NCBI GenBank assembly: GCA_964016885.1
Contig: OZ024742.1
Span: 8,308,001-8,372,000, forward strand
Direction of reading: 5' to 3'
DNA length: 64,000 nucleotides
Origin: Eledone cirrhosa
Lineage: Eukaryota
Part shown: positions 63,201 through 64,000 of the stretch, piece by piece
Layout of the letters: every line of letters starts with the position of its first letter
Position numbering within the stretch: position 1 is the first letter of the stretch
Program-made: the position numbers and the translations under genes
The notes under the pieces: generated by a model
Databases searched by the model: none
Seen by the model: the letters and a program-made list of their open reading frames with translations, nothing else
Told to the model about the DNA's origin: nothing

Positions 63201-64000
63201 GTATGGTGTAGTGTGGTGTAGTAGTGTGGTGTAGTGTGGTGTAGTAGTGTGGTGTAGTGTGGTGTAGTAGTGTGGTGTTGTATGGTGTAGTAGTGTGGTG
63301 TAGTGTGGTGTAGTATGGTGCAGTGTGGTGTAGTAGTGTGGTGTAGTGTGGTGTAGTAGTGTGGTGTAGTGTGGTGTAGTAGTGTGGTGTAGTATGGTGT
63401 AGTAGTGTGGTGTATTATGGCGTAGTGTGGTGTAGTATGGTGTAGTGTGGTGTAGTATGGTGTAGTGTGGTGTAGTATGGTGTAGTGTGGTGTAGTATGG
63501 TGTAGTGTGGTGTAGTAGTGTGGTGTAGTATGGTGTAGTGTGGTGTAGTATGGTGTAGTGTGGTGTAGTAGTGTGGTGTAGTATGGTGTAGTAGTGTGGT
63601 GTAGTAGTGTGGTGTAGTATGGTGTAGTGTGGTGTAGTATGGTGTAGTGTGGTGTAGTATGGTGTAGTGTGGTGTAGTAGTGTGGTGTAGTAGTGTGGTG
63701 TAGTATGGTGTAGTATGGTGTAGTGTGGTGTAGTAGTGTGGTGTAGTATGGTGTAGTGTGGTGTAGTATGGTGTAGTGTGGTGTAGTATGGTGTAATGTG
63801 GTGTAGTATGGTGTAGTGTGGTGTAGTGTGGTGTAGTAGTGTGGTGTAGTATGGTGTAGTGTGGTGTAGTGTGGTGTAGTAGTGTGGTGTAGTATGGTGT
63901 AGTGTGGTGTAGTATGGTGTAGTGTGGTGTAGTAGTGTGGTGTAGTATGGTGTAGTAGTGCGGTGTAGTATGGTGTAGTGTGGTGTAGTAGTGTGGTACG
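51293..64000. repeat. GT-rich satellite array (>12.7 kb) built from GTAGT/GTGGT/ATGGT pentamers giving 10- and 13-bp units
   Basis: Units GGTGTAGTGT, GGTGTAGTAT and GGTGTAGTAGTGT run to the window end. Rare variants recur at 1318-bp and ~6670-bp offsets. Confidence 0.97.

Noticed and set aside
51293-64000. Possible telomere
   Set aside because: There is no TTAGGG-type unit and the units are heterogeneous 10/13-mers. The chromosomal position cannot be seen from this window.

Overview
A eukaryotic, repeat-saturated window with no recognisable host gene. It is probably animal; the SINEs resemble cephalopod (Octopus) families, which is recall and not a database result. Contents: (i) an intact single-ORF R4/Dong-like RLE non-LTR retrotransposon (2882-6274) ending in a (TAA)n tract; (ii) several Penelope-like element (PLE) remnants, nearly all bounded by (TA)n, including a near-complete RT + GIY-YIG copy (24833-29217) with ~840-bp inverted terminal repeats; (iii) six hammerhead-ribozyme (HHR) motifs at PLE ends, two of which carry a compensatory U3-A8 core (TTGATAA) instead of C3-G8; (iv) a recurring set of fold-back palindromes at (TA)n tracts; (v) three full-length ~5.7-kb Tx1-like (L1 clade) elements in an uninterrupted head-to-tail array separated only by (TATC)n, whose ORF2 has no AUG; (vi) fragments of CR1-, CRE- and Tx1-like LINEs and tRNA-derived SINEs; (vii) many micro- and minisatellites, and a >12.7-kb GT-rich satellite with 1318-bp and ~6.67-kb higher-order duplications. 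Most ORFs in the supplied track are microsatellite or antisense artefacts.
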